64,000 bases of DNA from Phoronis australis (Eukaryota; Animalia; Phoronida), in assembly GCA_002633005.1 (NCBI GenBank), contig NMRA01000024.1:262726-326725 (forward strand). Direction: 5' to 3'. The translations under genes were made by a program, and so were the position numbers. The notes beneath the pieces were generated by a model that was given only the letters and a program-made list of their open reading frames with translations, ran no database searches and had not been told where the DNA came from. This document shows positions 26,761-39,239 of the stretch, one piece after another. Position 1 is the first letter of the stretch. Every line of letters begins with the position of its first letter.

Positions 26761-28666
26761 TACTCCTTTCTCTTCCCACAGCATTTACACACACCAGCAG
26801 TGTTACATGCCACAATGTACAAGTCAGTGGCCCTGGAGAAATGGGGATCGCAGTACGAAGTTACCGTGCCAGTTGATTGTTTGTGTATGAAGAGGAACTA
26901 TATCTGACTGCTACACAAGTCAGCCTCGTTGGTGAGGATACCGTTTCATAGGCAATAAGTCATGTGTTTGACAATAGCTTATTTCCTTTCCTGGAAGAAA
27001 CATTAGGGATTGAAGCTAAAGAAGACCTAGTGACACTCTGATCTAGTTCAGTTCAGGGTCAGATTTTGGGCACAAAACGAGTCAAGTGATATGCTGTTGG
27101 ATCTAATTGTGGATGTAATTGAGGCTGAAAGAGGTTACATGAAAGAAAGCCACGTGCCGAAATTGGACCTTTTTTACAAGCGCTTCTATAGGCCATTGAA
27201 ACTGTGAAATGAAAACCAAAAGCATCTGGTATAAATGCCTGTCCTTTCTCACCGAGTGACATTAACTTTTTCTTTCAGACGAAAGGCTTTATACTAATGG
27301 TAAAAACTTTTCAATTGGTACACATTATGGGGAAATGACATTCAGTGACTGCATCGATTGTCTTATTGACAGTAGAAAGGCCGTTAATGTTACACTTTGA
27401 TGATTGAATAAATTTTTCATCAACAGGCAAGTTTGTCACTAATTATTAAAACCACAATATTTCTTCAGTTTTAAAGCCACATGCAGTGCAGTTGTGCTTA
27501 TTCTTTATAAAGCTGAAACGATTACCGATTACACTTGCGAATTGTCATTTTCCTATTGACCTCTAGAAATTGCAGCGATCAAAATGAAGTATTCCCTTTG
27601 TTTGCATTTGATTTGTTTGTGTAATTATTTTTAGAGCTTTCTTAAGAAGGCCTTTGAACAATTTTATGTTTTGTGTTAACTTGGCCACAACAAAAGTTCC
27701 ACATGCAAGAAAAGTATGTCTTCAATTGTAGCTAGCTGGATAAGTATCTGTTATGCACAAGATTCGAGAATAAACAATTATCAGTGTATTTAAAAAACAA
27801 AATGGCAAACTGAACAACCACATACATACAAAGAAACAACATTGTTAAAAACAATTTTAATTTTCCCATGAAACGGAGTCCATAATCAGGCATATCAAGG
27901 GCTGAATTTCTGAATTAGGTTCAATTCTCTCAGGTTATTACTGAAGGATTGCTTTTCACTTTGTCCAAAGGTAAAATAGACGGTCAGGCGTCTGGTTTCA
28001 GTTGTTTTCTCTCACCTGTAACCGTAGAATAGTCAGAGAAATGTTAGCAAATTTTAAAAGAAAACACAAGACAAAACTACTTTAGTAAGGCAGAACATAC
28101 TTGACGTTTCATCTTCATGTTTATATGTAGAAACTAAAAATCTTTGTACCCAAGTCTTATTTAAGATCTGAATTAAACTATGTGAAACAGGCTAAAAGTG
28201 ATTTAACGTGTATTTTTCACGACACCTAATGTGCTTCTGACCTCAACAAGTAAAATTCATTCTAGGTGTCAATTTTTATTCCAAATGCAATGTTACCACG
28301 TTTACTGAATAGCTTATTCATGTTAATTCGGTAACTAATCTGGTAGTCCTGGGAGTGGGGTCCGCTATAAAATAAGGAAACTGACACATCTAGAGAATTT
28401 TATAGCTTTGAAGACAAACTGCTGTGATAAAGTCCCCTTGACTTCTGATCGTCACGTACCATACACCTCATATATTGGGCGCACTCCCAGCCCTGGCGGA
28501 CAATATGTGAATATGTGCTGCTAGCCTACCCGGCATTCGATTCTCGGGTGAGTTTCCGAAAAAAAAACACTTAGTTCCATTCAATAAACCCATTATTCAG
28601 TGGGGTAACTGGTGGGGATAACATCACCGAACGATGTCGATAGAAACTTGATTGCTAGAAACTTAC

Positions 28667-28892
28667 CAAGTAACGTTATGTAGTCTCGAAAATGGGGCTT
28701 CGGCATCCACACACTTTTTGTCAGTGGGTTGACCCTTTTGACCGCAATTGTCCACGAATCTGTAGTAACCTTAGGTCTTTTGGGAATTTGTGACCACCTG
28801 TCGAAGACTTGCACCTGGGAAAGTAGCAATAATAAGGCTGAGCGCGACGACGCATTTGGATAACAATCCGTCTTTTTACTAGCTGTTGACAT
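28667..28892 (-). pseudogene. THAP-domain exon relic of a transposase
   Basis: YYCYFPRCKSSTGGHKFPKD../WTIAVKRVNPLTKSVWMPKPHF..DYITLLG followed by a gtaagt donor; contains a frameshift and lacks the CxxH cysteine. Confidence 0.7.
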
Positions 28893-28972
28893 GCAGACAG
28901 CGACGCATGTTCAATTCAATCACTACTAGTACAGCAGCGACACCGTGAGGAGAATTCTCCGAATAGCCCCAT

Positions 28973-29990
28973 TGGGAGATTGCCGTGCTCAGCGTTGTAC
29001 TGATGTGCCAGTTAACATCTCCATTAATCGCGAAGACCTCAACCTGGAACACCGTTGCAAGATTGCCCAGCGAAACATGGCTTTCAGCATTTGCTATAGG
29101 AAAGCTTGGAAAAAAGATCCCTGCACCAGGTTGGCCGTTTTCCAGTTTACAACTGTCCGTGCAACACATCACCTAACTTGTGTTCTTCTACAGGACGTCC
29201 GTCAGCAATCTCCTTGAGAGAATTTCTCGTATTACTTTAAATACTGACCAGTACATGACTAGGCATGTCCAATAGTTGTCCAGTTCTGACCATTAGCTTA
29301 TTACACTCGTTTGTGTGACTTCTGTGTGCAATAGAATCGGGGATGTGAGTTAGCACCTGAGACGACACGCTCCACATGTGGCTTTACCTGGCCTGAGGTG
29401 TATGCACAGTGGTGGCAGACTAATTAGTTAATTAGGTTTGTTGATATCTGTAGTCTGTTTGAATACTATTACCCATGCCGACATTATAGGCCGGGTAATG
29501 GCAATGTAAATCCAGAGCCTATTCTTGGAAGACATTGCCCAAATTTTAACGACTACACGATTACATCTCATCAGCGCAGTCTTAGCTTTCGAGGTTTTTT
29601 CTATAATATGCGGAGTCTAGCAAGGGCGATGATGTAGAATGAAGGACACCAAGGTAAGTCGCCTTATGTACAAAATGGCTACTATTAAGGATGAAACCCG
29701 AATTGACCGTTTAAGCTTCCTGGTGAACGTAACCACCTCTGTTTTGCTGCCACTAATTTCTAAACCAACTGAATTGGCCCACGTGGCTGTTGTATTCAGT
29801 GATGTCAGAGCAAAGTAGGGAGATGTGTCGGGATAGATGCTGGACACACTGAAAGCAATATCGCCTCCATAGGCTTGAACATACAAATTTGGACTCGTGG
29901 TAGCCGATTTGTCTCAGAAACCATGTTGGAGAGGGTGGGTGAGGCAACGCTACCATGAGGTGTGCACCTGGTGGTGCGAACCGTTATATC
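28973..29990 (-). mobile_element. LOA/R1-type LINE fragment 2 (RT C-terminal half to RNase H N-terminus)
   Basis: RCTPHGSVASPTL (~GxPQGxVLSPxL), VQAYGGD (~YADD), WANSVGLEISGSKTEVVTFTRK, and RNase H CTDSCKLENG..GAG..SLGNLATVFQVEVFAI. Confidence 0.85.
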
Positions 29991-30344
29991 GCTTGGTTCG
30001 CAAAGACTAGGCGTTTTAAAGCAAAATCCTGACCGCGTTTTTAGACACAAAATAATATTTTCATTTAAAAAATCTGCTGGGGGGTTATTTAGCTATGAAT
30101 GTATCTTTCTTGCACATAATAATTCGATTTAAAAACGTGGTCACGTGACAATAATGAAACGATACAGTCATTAAGAAGTATAACAGCTTAAATAAATTAG
30201 CATTAGAATCCTCAATCCTTCTCCTTTCAAAAAATCCCTTTTAATGGTTTACAAAGCATGGTTTTTCATCATCTGAATTGACCTTACGCCAACCAGATCG
30301 CTCCGCCTATAATGTCACGTGATGCGTAAGTCCGACAGCAGAGA

Positions 30345-30500
30345 ATGGCTTCCTCAAGCAAGACTGGTATGCTAGAGATGATATTCACGCAGACTTTGGC
30401 GAACATTATCTTCCCTATGAATCTCGCCATGACAAAGACAGAAGGCAAGAGCCTTCAGAAAAGGTTCCTACGGGAACGGGGTGAAGATTACGTCGACTAG
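30345..30500 (+). pseudogene. Possible N-terminal relic of the shell-2 accessory ORF
   Basis: MASSSKTG...KTEGKSLQKRFLRERGEDYVD*; position and orientation mirror shell 1, but sequence support is weak. Confidence 0.3.
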
Positions 30501-31224
30501 CCTAGGACACCTGACGATGTTTCACAAGTCAACGCTAACTCGGCGAGCCTCATAGTAGAGTTGACATCAGTGTCGACAAAAACTGCACGAATGCGGTTAA
30601 AATAATAGTAAAAATCCTTAATGAATAAGAGTTCTTCCCTCAAAGCAAAGCGAACGTTTCACGAAACCTACTGAGCTGTCACGTAACAGTTTAGCCGACT
30701 GGAGAATTTCATGTCCAGTGATCGCTGATGGTCGAGCCGGCGCCGTGACAGACACACGTACAGTATTAAGTCAAAATTCGGAGTAACTGTAACCATTCAA
30801 ATTCACATTTCAACTGTAGTGATTTTGATGAAGCAACCGAGACACCAGCCTACCCGGCCGGCCAGTACTTGAGTGGTGACCGTGGTTATAGTGACCTCCG
30901 AAGACAGATTAAACAAAGCACACTTGCCGACTGCGGAATGTTGCCAATCTTGTTTTATCTGAGTTATACATGTATACTATACGTACATGTCAACCAATAC
31001 GGGCACTGCGTATTTGCTATATGCTTGCCGTTTCGGTAGTGCCACGGCGTATTCCCAAAATGGTACGTATTTTCGGTAATTAATGTGCATTTTCTCCGAT
31101 GTTTATGGTAAAGTTTTCAATCCTTCGCTTTGGCTTTTATTGGCAATCTTTGTCGAATAACAACATATCACGACAGCACGGGTGAGAAACAACATGACCG
31201 CCGGTCCCCTAAATCGTAACAATT

Positions 31225-31510
31225 TTATACGGTATTGGGCCATTAATAGGCCAGTACCGTATTTAGGGCCGGGCGCCAGTATTGGCCATGGGCTGACTTA
31301 CTTCCAGTACTGGCCCAGTACATTATTGATGGCGGCTCTGTACCGTATATAGTAATGGGCCAGTACTAGGCCAATGCCAGAGTGGTAGTGGGCCAGCTTT
31401 ATACGATACTGGGCCATTAATCAGCCCATACCGTATCCAGCTGGGCCAGCATTGGTTCAGTAAATTTCACGAAATGATTCTGTATATGCAGTGTTGGACC
31501 AGTATTAGCA
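31225..31510. repeat. Cluster of short palindromic ccagtactgg/tgggcc repeats (subterminal-repeat-like)
   Basis: Repeated ccagtac/gtactgg/tgggcca motifs, with an internal duplication of tttatacg.ta.tgggccattaat..gcc..taccgtat at ~31224 and ~31398; immediately 3' of the DUF4806 gene. Confidence 0.65.
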
Positions 31511-31767
31511 TAACAGAGAGCGGAGTGTGTTATATGTAGTCTCCTTAATGCTGCTATTTGGTATTAAAAAGTTTTACCTTTTTGCTCAATGTTTGGTGTG
31601 CGTAATGAAAAAGTTCGGGCAATGAACAATGAAAAGTGACTTTACTGTACATGTTTATTGCCATATCAACAAGAATATATATGGTATGGTTCTTGTCACT
31701 AATTCTAATATTTCTGAGTCTCTATGTTTATTGTACTGACTATTTTATAATAAACATTCAAAAAAAT

Positions 31768-31946
31768 CTAATCTAAATCCGTTTGCACTTCATTATCCTC
31801 TTCCTGTTGTTGCTGTTGCTGCACTAATCTGTTGGCCAGCTCCCTTCGCCTTCTGCCACCTTCAAGGTCAGGGGCACTCCGTAGCCAAACTCCGAGAAGT
31901 TTTTCAGCCTCCACAGCATTTCCGCCGTGGAGTTTGACAATGGCCC
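31768..31946 (-). CDS. DUF4806-family protein, last exon
   Basis: Acceptor tttatttcag|, phase 1; GAIVKLHGGNAVEAEKLLGVWLRSAPDLEGGRRRR...QQQQQQEEDNEVQTDLD*. WLRxAPDxxGG is the DUF4806 C-terminal motif; AATAAA signals follow at ~31730 and ~31657. Confidence 0.75.
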
Positions 31947-32805
31947 CTGAAATAAATGCAGATTCAATAAAACTAACACACCAATACAGTTTGAATTGTT
32001 ATCACGTGAAGATGAGAGCCAATGCTGGTAATAGACTTATTTGCGTTATTGAACAACCAAAAACTTCTCTTTAGTGTATGGGCCAGTTCTCACGGAATTT
32101 TGTTCACTTATTTATGATCTATGGTCGGATATTGCGTTTGATTTCAAACAACGTAGGTAACATGGGTCATCATAAACAAAAACTTAAGACTTTGATTAAT
32201 ATCTATGTTGCACAGCTGTTCACATTTCAGGGTTCATTTCATTAAAACAGTCAGCAACTAAGTCATTTACTGTTCAAAAAACTTATCAGAATAGCTGTAA
32301 ATATGTTGACTGTAAAGCGACCAGTTCCGAACAGTCAGATAAATATTCATATTAGCTGAAATGTTCAAAATGAACTCTCAAAAGTTGTGTTTCAGTTCTC
32401 AAAATAATCGCATCCTTTTTGTTTTAAGGACTTTTTTATAAAAACTCAGAAGTCCCATTTTTGATAGCTCTGACTTATAAAAGTGAAATACTTTATAGAC
32501 ACTTTCGGAGAACTGTAATTAAAGTATAATATCTAAAAGTTTCAAATGAATATGGTGAGCTATTTCTGAGATACGATGTTCTGAAGTTAGCCAAATTTTG
32601 CCCTTTTGTAACTAAAGTATAGCTCAGCTCAAAGCAAAAAATAATAATTTTACATATAATAGTAATTGTAAACAACTGTGTGATGAATTAAGACTGTGCA
32701 ATTGTCAAAGATTTAAAAAGTATAAACCCCCTAAAGATGAATTGATTAAACTTTAAGAAAGATTTTCGAGAAATCGCTAACATTACCTTGACTTGTAATA
32801 CTTAC

Positions 32806-32992
32806 CAACGATTGCTTCACTCAGCAAGAGCTTTCCAAATGCTCTTTTATGGACGTTTCCCTGGGGGCTCTTCCACCCGGTTCTCCCAGCCCAGTTGAAC
32901 ATAAGTGTCACGTCATGCGCCAACACATGAGATATTATACGACGACATGACTCTTTGGCGTTTAATCCACCAACCAGGATGAACTTTTGAAT
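32806..32992 (-). CDS. DUF4806-family protein, internal exon
   Basis: ttttttag|IQKFILVGGLNAKESCRRIISHVLAHDVTLMFNWAGRTGWKSPQGNVHKRAFGKLLLSEAIV|gtaagt; 187 nt, open, phases consistent with both neighbours. Confidence 0.75.
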
Positions 32993-33744
32993 CTAAAAAA
33001 GAATCATTATCAATATGATTTGTATACCATTGTCCAGGTCTAAAGATAGTATCAAAATTAACTTTTGCTTATTTTTTGCAGTGTCATATAACAAGTTAAA
33101 ACTTTTAAAAAACACGCTACACATAGAATAATGTGCATTAATTGTGGGATTTCTATACGCATCAGTTTGAAGTCATCAAACCTTTTTGAAAGAGAAATGA
33201 ACATTTCATCACAGAGAAAAAACTACCAAAAAAGATCAATCTTAAGATCAAATGAACTCAACTGACTATCTTGGTCATGTCTTTTGTTAACTGACCATAT
33301 TGACTTTCTCTTTTATATGTTTTATTCCTTCAAAATTACTATAATTATCATTTATTCACACTCACACCAAAAACTGAGACAAATAAATAAAACAGAAGTA
33401 TGATAGCAACATACAAGGACAAATCCGAAACCGCAGCAACACAAAATGAAGGACTTTTTTCAACTGTGATCCTTAAACTTTATTTCGCAAAATGTACAAT
33501 GCAGAATGAATTTCTTTTCAGAATTACAACACAGTTGTGGTAATAACCATCAATACCATAATACAGTACAAGAGTTATCTAAATCAGTTGAGTTTAATAA
33601 ATGAAACAAAGCAATCTGGAGAATTTAACACACTGACCAAGCCAGAGATAACTAATCAGATAAAAGGCATCACAACGATCAAGTGGCTCTTTAGCAATAA
33701 TAAAATTACACATTTATTTTTCTAAGAAAGACAAACTGTCTTAC

Positions 33745-33850
33745 CAGCTTATTCTTCAGTGAGGAATCTTGACTTAGCATTTCCTTCAGTTGATCGACCT
33801 TTAGCCTTTACCGATAGCCTTTAGGCGGAAACGAGGCAATGACGTACAGG
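33745..33850 (-). pseudogene. DUF4806-family protein, damaged upstream exon
   Basis: ..RLKVDQLKEMLSQDSSLKNKL|gtaag with a phase-0 donor. An in-frame TAA lies just upstream, within a short taaaggcta duplication. Confidence 0.5.
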
Positions 33851-34642
33851 TGTCATCACCAGTGAAAGAAACTTGCTATTGTAAGTTTATATTGCTTCCC
33901 CAAACGTTTCTTCTGAATCTCAAATTCACGAACAAGCTGCTCCAAGCTCACCTGGATCTGGGACAAAGTCTTAATAGTTTCTCTCTCAAAGCCTACAAGT
34001 TAAATTATGAACTTAACAACTCTCATTTGGTATAGCAAACAATTTAATGTTTTGTAGCTAATATTGTGACATGGTTTTCCCGTCTTCAAAAATTCTGTCA
34101 AATGCCAGTGACTAACGACCGCATTAACATTTTGCATACACTAGAAGCAATTTTTTCAGACAAACGACACCAAGTTGAATTCTTAAAACGTTGCTACACG
34201 AGCTTTAACATACTACTGTACTACTTTTAAAAAAGCGTATTGAGCCCCCATCACCATGTCGAAAATGGCCAACTTCAAACTAAAATGAAATAAGAAGGAA
34301 ATCGATAATAAGCCAAAAAACACCTAAATGAGCTCCACTCCAACCACTGTAAACAACAAGCTGTGATCTTGCCTCACGTCACAATTTGATGTTTTGAAAA
34401 CAATTGACATCGCCACTGAGTGGGATGGGTTTTACCAGGGAATAAACGTGCGTGAAGAAGTTCAATATATACAAGATATGTCTATTTCTCCTGCGTCGTA
34501 GCAGCCTAAATTAGGGCTATCTGAAAGTCAAACCTATTGCATCTTAGCCATCTAAATTATTAACACTTTTTTCCAATTAAAGTCTATATACACTGCTTAA
34601 AAAGAGTCAAAGTCATAAATAAATACTTAATTAGTCAGACAG

Positions 34643-35157
34643 ACTACGATAAGAGAGAAAATTCAAGAGGACATTTAACAAATGTGTATCAGTCCATGGT
34701 TTACCTTTTGAGGACCCTGGCCAGGACACTGTCGTTAGGGTCTTCGCTTTTGCAGCCCAGGTCGTCTAAACGCACACATATATTTCGAAAAATCGAGAAA
34801 ATTTATAAAGCGAAGCTTTTGCGGAGCGTACTAATTTACTGGACGTTTAAATTCAATAAGTCAAAGTTGCGAATGCAAAACTATATTTTTTAAGAGGCCC
34901 CTCTTTGGCAAGGGATAACGGAGACAACTTTCGTTTTATTTTTTTCTCGAAACTGTATATCACTTGAGAAAAACTGATGACCTGACAGCTAACATCAATT
35001 GCTGCGCATTTCCTGATATTTGAAAATACATATATTTTCATATTCAGGAGCCCCACCCTTGAAGGAGGCCATTGATGATATTCAAGTGGTCACCTTTTTG
35101 TGTTTTTATTGACAAATTCTTACGGGCCGCTCACGGAGAGAGGGCCCAATGTTGGAA
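34643..35157 (+). repeat. ~510-bp interspersed repeat, copy 1
   Basis: Collinear similarity to 53657-54188, from aagagagaaaattcaagag to gagggcccaatgttggaa. Confidence 0.9.
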
Positions 35158-36574
35158 TCGATTACCTCTATTTTCCTGTTTTTTGGGAAATCGTGCTTTC
35201 ATGTTGAAGGAGGTCACTCCCTGTCACGTTTTGGGACCACACGCGGTGGAATGAACTGTCACTTTTTCCAAGCTTAATGATGTTAAGCCTTTCATCTTAA
35301 GGTACCCCATTTCAGACGGTGCCCTCTCTCGGTAGAGCAGTTCGGGGTGAATGTCCCTTTGTCCCTCTATATACATGTATATCTGCGCGTACAGGACAAG
35401 TGTACACAGGCACTATATCTGCGCGTGCACTACAGGTGTAAACAATCATTATGGTTGATAAAATTTATTACAAATGATTCTTTAAAAAGATTAATTTTGA
35501 CAATTTCTAAGAATGGTATGACATGTTATAAGATGTTGATAAGAATTAATATTAACGAATGGTGTAATATAAGATCTAAGTTTTTTCATCAGCCCTAAAA
35601 CGATCCTAAGAATAATGCTGTAAACGATGATCAGATTGATATATGTGAACGATGATCAGTCTGATTAGAATTCATATCAACCAAAATGGAGGAGCAAGCT
35701 TTTTACACAAGCATTACTTATTCTAAGTTTAGAAAATATGATTAAGACAGTGAAGAAGACGAACAGCACACAATGTCTAGTTTGTTACCTACAACTTCAT
35801 TAAGATTGACGGTAAATATAAGGGGCAAAACTAAGCCTTTGAACTAGCAAGAACCAATGTATAATGCATACACGGAAGTATGCAACATTCAGGGCACGGA
35901 CTTCTGGGAGTGAGAGGCGACACAACAATTTGTAATCATCGGCACTAAACATTTTAGCATCAGACATATTACATAGATTCATTCACGTAAGTCAGGCAAA
36001 CGCATTTTAATTAATAATTCACTGGTGCTACATGCCACCCCGAAGTGTTGTACCACTGGGTTCCACTTCAATTCCGTCCTGCAGTCATTCTGTTACTGCT
36101 TATGAATTTCTGTAATTCCTTCACGTTTCGTCTCTTACAGTGTATAGTTGGTAAACGTAAATTGAAACATTAGAACGTTCAAGAAACCACGTGTAGTTAG
36201 ATGTTGCAACAAGAGGGGGGGAGGGGTTACATATATCAAACTTGACGAATATCCGTGGCGTTTGGCGCATTGAATTTTGGAATTAAATGCTGAATGACGT
36301 CAATATGTACATGTGTCTTAAGACGCTACGCAATATTGTCACAAGTCAAACTTTATTAATTCTGCTAAAACTAATGGTTGCCTGAAGGTATTTCAATAAA
36401 TATAACATACATTCATTGACTGGCCTTGGTGCATTACAAGCTTTAAGGTGTAAGACATATCAAATCCAAATAGAAAAAATATTCTATAAAGGGTTCGTCT
36501 CACCCACTTGTTAGACGAAGTACAGGATCTAGTTCCTCTTTTTGGTTATACTAATTGTCGTAGCTCGCTACTTA

Positions 36575-36740
36575 TATACAGACAATGTAAATCCGTGGTC
36601 ATGACCGTAATATAGAATAGCGGTACATAGGTAGACACTCTATATTCATGGTCATGAATAGCGTGCTACCTATATAGACATTCTAAATCTATGGCCATAA
36701 CCATAATATTGAATAGCGCACTAACCCATGTATGTAAATC
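36575..36740. repeat. Degenerate minisatellite
   Basis: tagac..t.taaatc..tgg.cat.acc.taata..gaatagcg recurs about 3 times. Confidence 0.6.
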
Positions 36741-38260
36741 CGACACTGCCAAGTATTCACGAAGGAAGCTGAGGTTGCAAATTCATCAAAAACACAAAAC
36801 ACAAAACATTCTTGCACAGCACAGCCATTCGACCCAAACAACCAAAACCTTGAAAAAAATACAGTGGGATTGCCGCCATCGAAAGGGTGGAATTTTAAAG
36901 AACGTGAAGACCACCACTTGTGAATTACATAAAAGGACTGACTATTTTCGATGGTTAGTTATAAAATAATGTTATTGTTTCCGGTATTATCGCACGAATA
37001 GTATCTCTTTTGACGATGATTACTATGAATTGTTTGTAAGGAATTCACACTTGTGAAAGACACTGCTGTCTAGGCTACTATTTGTAATGATCATGTACAT
37101 GTCGAAAGGGGTACTCAAACAACTCTCGCAATCATAAACAAAGATTTCAACGTATTTTTGTCAGTGGAGTTCAAGTTTACATCGTGAACCGTTATAGGTA
37201 CCTCTGGAAACACAACTTAATACGAATACCCCATCTCCCATATTTCCCCGGTTACCCGTCAAAAGTCTGCGAGCATGCATTCAGAAATTGCGCATAACAT
37301 TCCTGTTTGATAAACAAATTCGTTGGTTTCTGATTTACTGTTTATGTATCTACGAATATCGATAGATTCATAGATGATTTTAGACAATTAGAAGCTAATC
37401 TTGTAAGAATTGGGGATAATTCATTGAATTTAATTGCTGCCAGAAGTGGAAAAACTCTATAATCCGATCCCCAAATAGTAAAGTACACTTAGACGATTTT
37501 TGCATATCTAAAATAATTCTCAAAGATATTCATGAAATTCGTACACACAAACCTTAGATAGAAAAAACGTTTTAAAAATCCTTAAATAGATAAAATTAAA
37601 ATCATTCCTTGGAAAGGTTGTCTTCGCAGTTTCTTGATGTTTTTAGTTTTCAGTAGCATTGAGTAAGGAATTTTTTCTTTAAAACTGATTTGATTGCTTT
37701 TCCTGACTGACGTATCCACGTTAAAAATAAGATGTAACCATGCAGTAGGCCGCGCAGACTCTCTGCGATAACCACAAGAACTGAATTCGAACTGCAAGCG
37801 TTCAGAAAGTGTGTACATTTTTGGGACACACTATCCTTTTCCCCACCCACCAGAAACTGAACTACCGGTCGTGTTCCAACTAAGGATTTTGAAACAGCCC
37901 CAAAGGCACTATACCAGGGACTTCGGGCCTCATCTTTTCAAAAAAAAACTTTCAAAGAATGACCATAATAAAATAAGTTTTCCCGAAACTGGATCACAAC
38001 AAAACGAATCTTGACCTTAGAACGAGCGCAGTCGGCCGGTACGAGCTAAGCTGCCTGTCTCAACTGAATCATAGTTGTGCTGATCACCAACTAGCTTTAG
38101 TTCATCGGGAATTTCGTATTTTCACTCTGTTAGATCTCACCTATAGCTACTTGAGGCAGCTCCTCGCTACAGGTCAGTGTACTGGTCCTAGGTCCATTCT
38201 TACTCTCTGTGTAGGTTCACGGTTAGTCAACTCTTAATGGCTGGATCCCTGGGATTGTTC

Positions 38261-38416
38261 GAGAGGTGGATCCATGATTTTGATTTGGGTGGGGGGGCAG
38301 GGCAGAGAATTAGCCAAGGTTTTACCAGTCAGCAACTGGCACCTCCGAACTTCCAAATGGAATCTGGGAGAATTTTAGGGGGGCCATGGCCTCTTGGAGC
38401 CCTAAATCCGCCACTG
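38261..38416 (+). mobile_element. ~155-bp GC-rich MITE family B, copy 1
   Basis: Homologous to 50294-50448 and 60911-61064; ends in aaatccgccactg; the 5' end is degraded. Confidence 0.8.
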
Positions 38417-38847
38417 TGGGAGATTCGGTACAAATATGGCGGATCGGGAGGACGGGAACGAGNGGTGGTGGCGATGGGGAGTTATTTGGGACGTCGAAAT
38501 GGTTTGTGTCCCCCCCAATAGTTTTTGCCTTCCCACGGGCCTGCACGAACCGTGCTCGTACAGGGCCAAGAGGAGTTACGAAGGAATAGGAATAGGCCTA
38601 TAACAACACTCACAGTCAATACCACTTGTAAGAGCCTCTAATAGGTAAGTAGGTAGGCATGCAATGCATTTTGAATCTTGATTGACTATATTTTGACTCG
38701 TTTTCGTCAGTGCTATGGAAATGGTTGGCATGTATGTATAGTTACAATGAACCAGCAAGTGATCACAAGCCCGGTCACACACTAACAAGACCGTAATCCA
38801 GAGCCAAAATTCCGACATTGCGAAGAAATATTAAAAAGAGTGCGTAC

Positions 38848-39055
38848 CTTAGAACATACTTGTGTTTAGAGTGGTCAAACAATTAATGTTGACAGGCTGC
38901 TCGTGCGGAAGTACACAACTTTAATTAATCCACCGTTTGCTCAATATAACGTCACTTTTAGGCTTTGGAAAAGGACAAAAATTGACAGGACTTTCATCTC
39001 TGTCGGTAGAACGACTGTCTGAATTACACACATAATAACAACACCTCTTGGCCAT
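38848..39055 (-). pseudogene. THAP-domain first exon relic of a transposase
   Basis: MAKRCCYYVCNSDSRSTDRDESPVNFCPFPKPKSDVILSKRWIN*SCVLPHEQ...(frameshift)QVCSK|gtacg, a C2CH THAP pattern with an intron before HF. Confidence 0.8.
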
Positions 39056-39239
39056 TTAAAATGGGCATTGTAGCTGAACATGTTTTGTACGACAGCCGCT
39101 AATGTTTGTCGGACAAGATGGCGACTTGAACTGCAGTTGGAGGAGTGTCCGGAATGCAGCATTCTGATTGGTCAATCACACTTGTCATTCATTTTCTGGC
39201 GTAAGGTCAATTAGAGTTGAGGTCGTTTATTGAGGTCCT

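Larger units (their letters stand above)
25975..28970. mobile_element. ISL2EU/PHIS-like DNA transposon shell 1 (AT TSD, convergent ORF relics)
   Basis: AT|GGGGCTATTCGGAAAATTC ... GAATTCTCCGAATAGCCCC|AT, plus a weaker inverted tgtactagt(g/a)gtgat further in. A SAP-like exon enters from the left on + and a THAP exon from the right on -. The element interrupts the LINE RNase H. Confidence 0.75.
30279..39209. mobile_element. ISL2EU/PHIS-like DNA transposon shell 2, expanded by nested insertions
   Basis: AT|TGACCTTACGCCA ... TGGCGTAAGGTCA|AT. A THAP exon starts ~150 bp inside the right end (minus strand) and a short ORF starts ~65 bp inside the left end (plus strand). The shell sits between two collinear LINE pieces. 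Confidence 0.6.

Noticed and set aside
27050-27950. Possible very old L1/Tx1 RT relic on the minus strand
   Set aside because: Only vague motif echoes (GFLSCNLF, KFIQ..ING); not supportable without an alignment.
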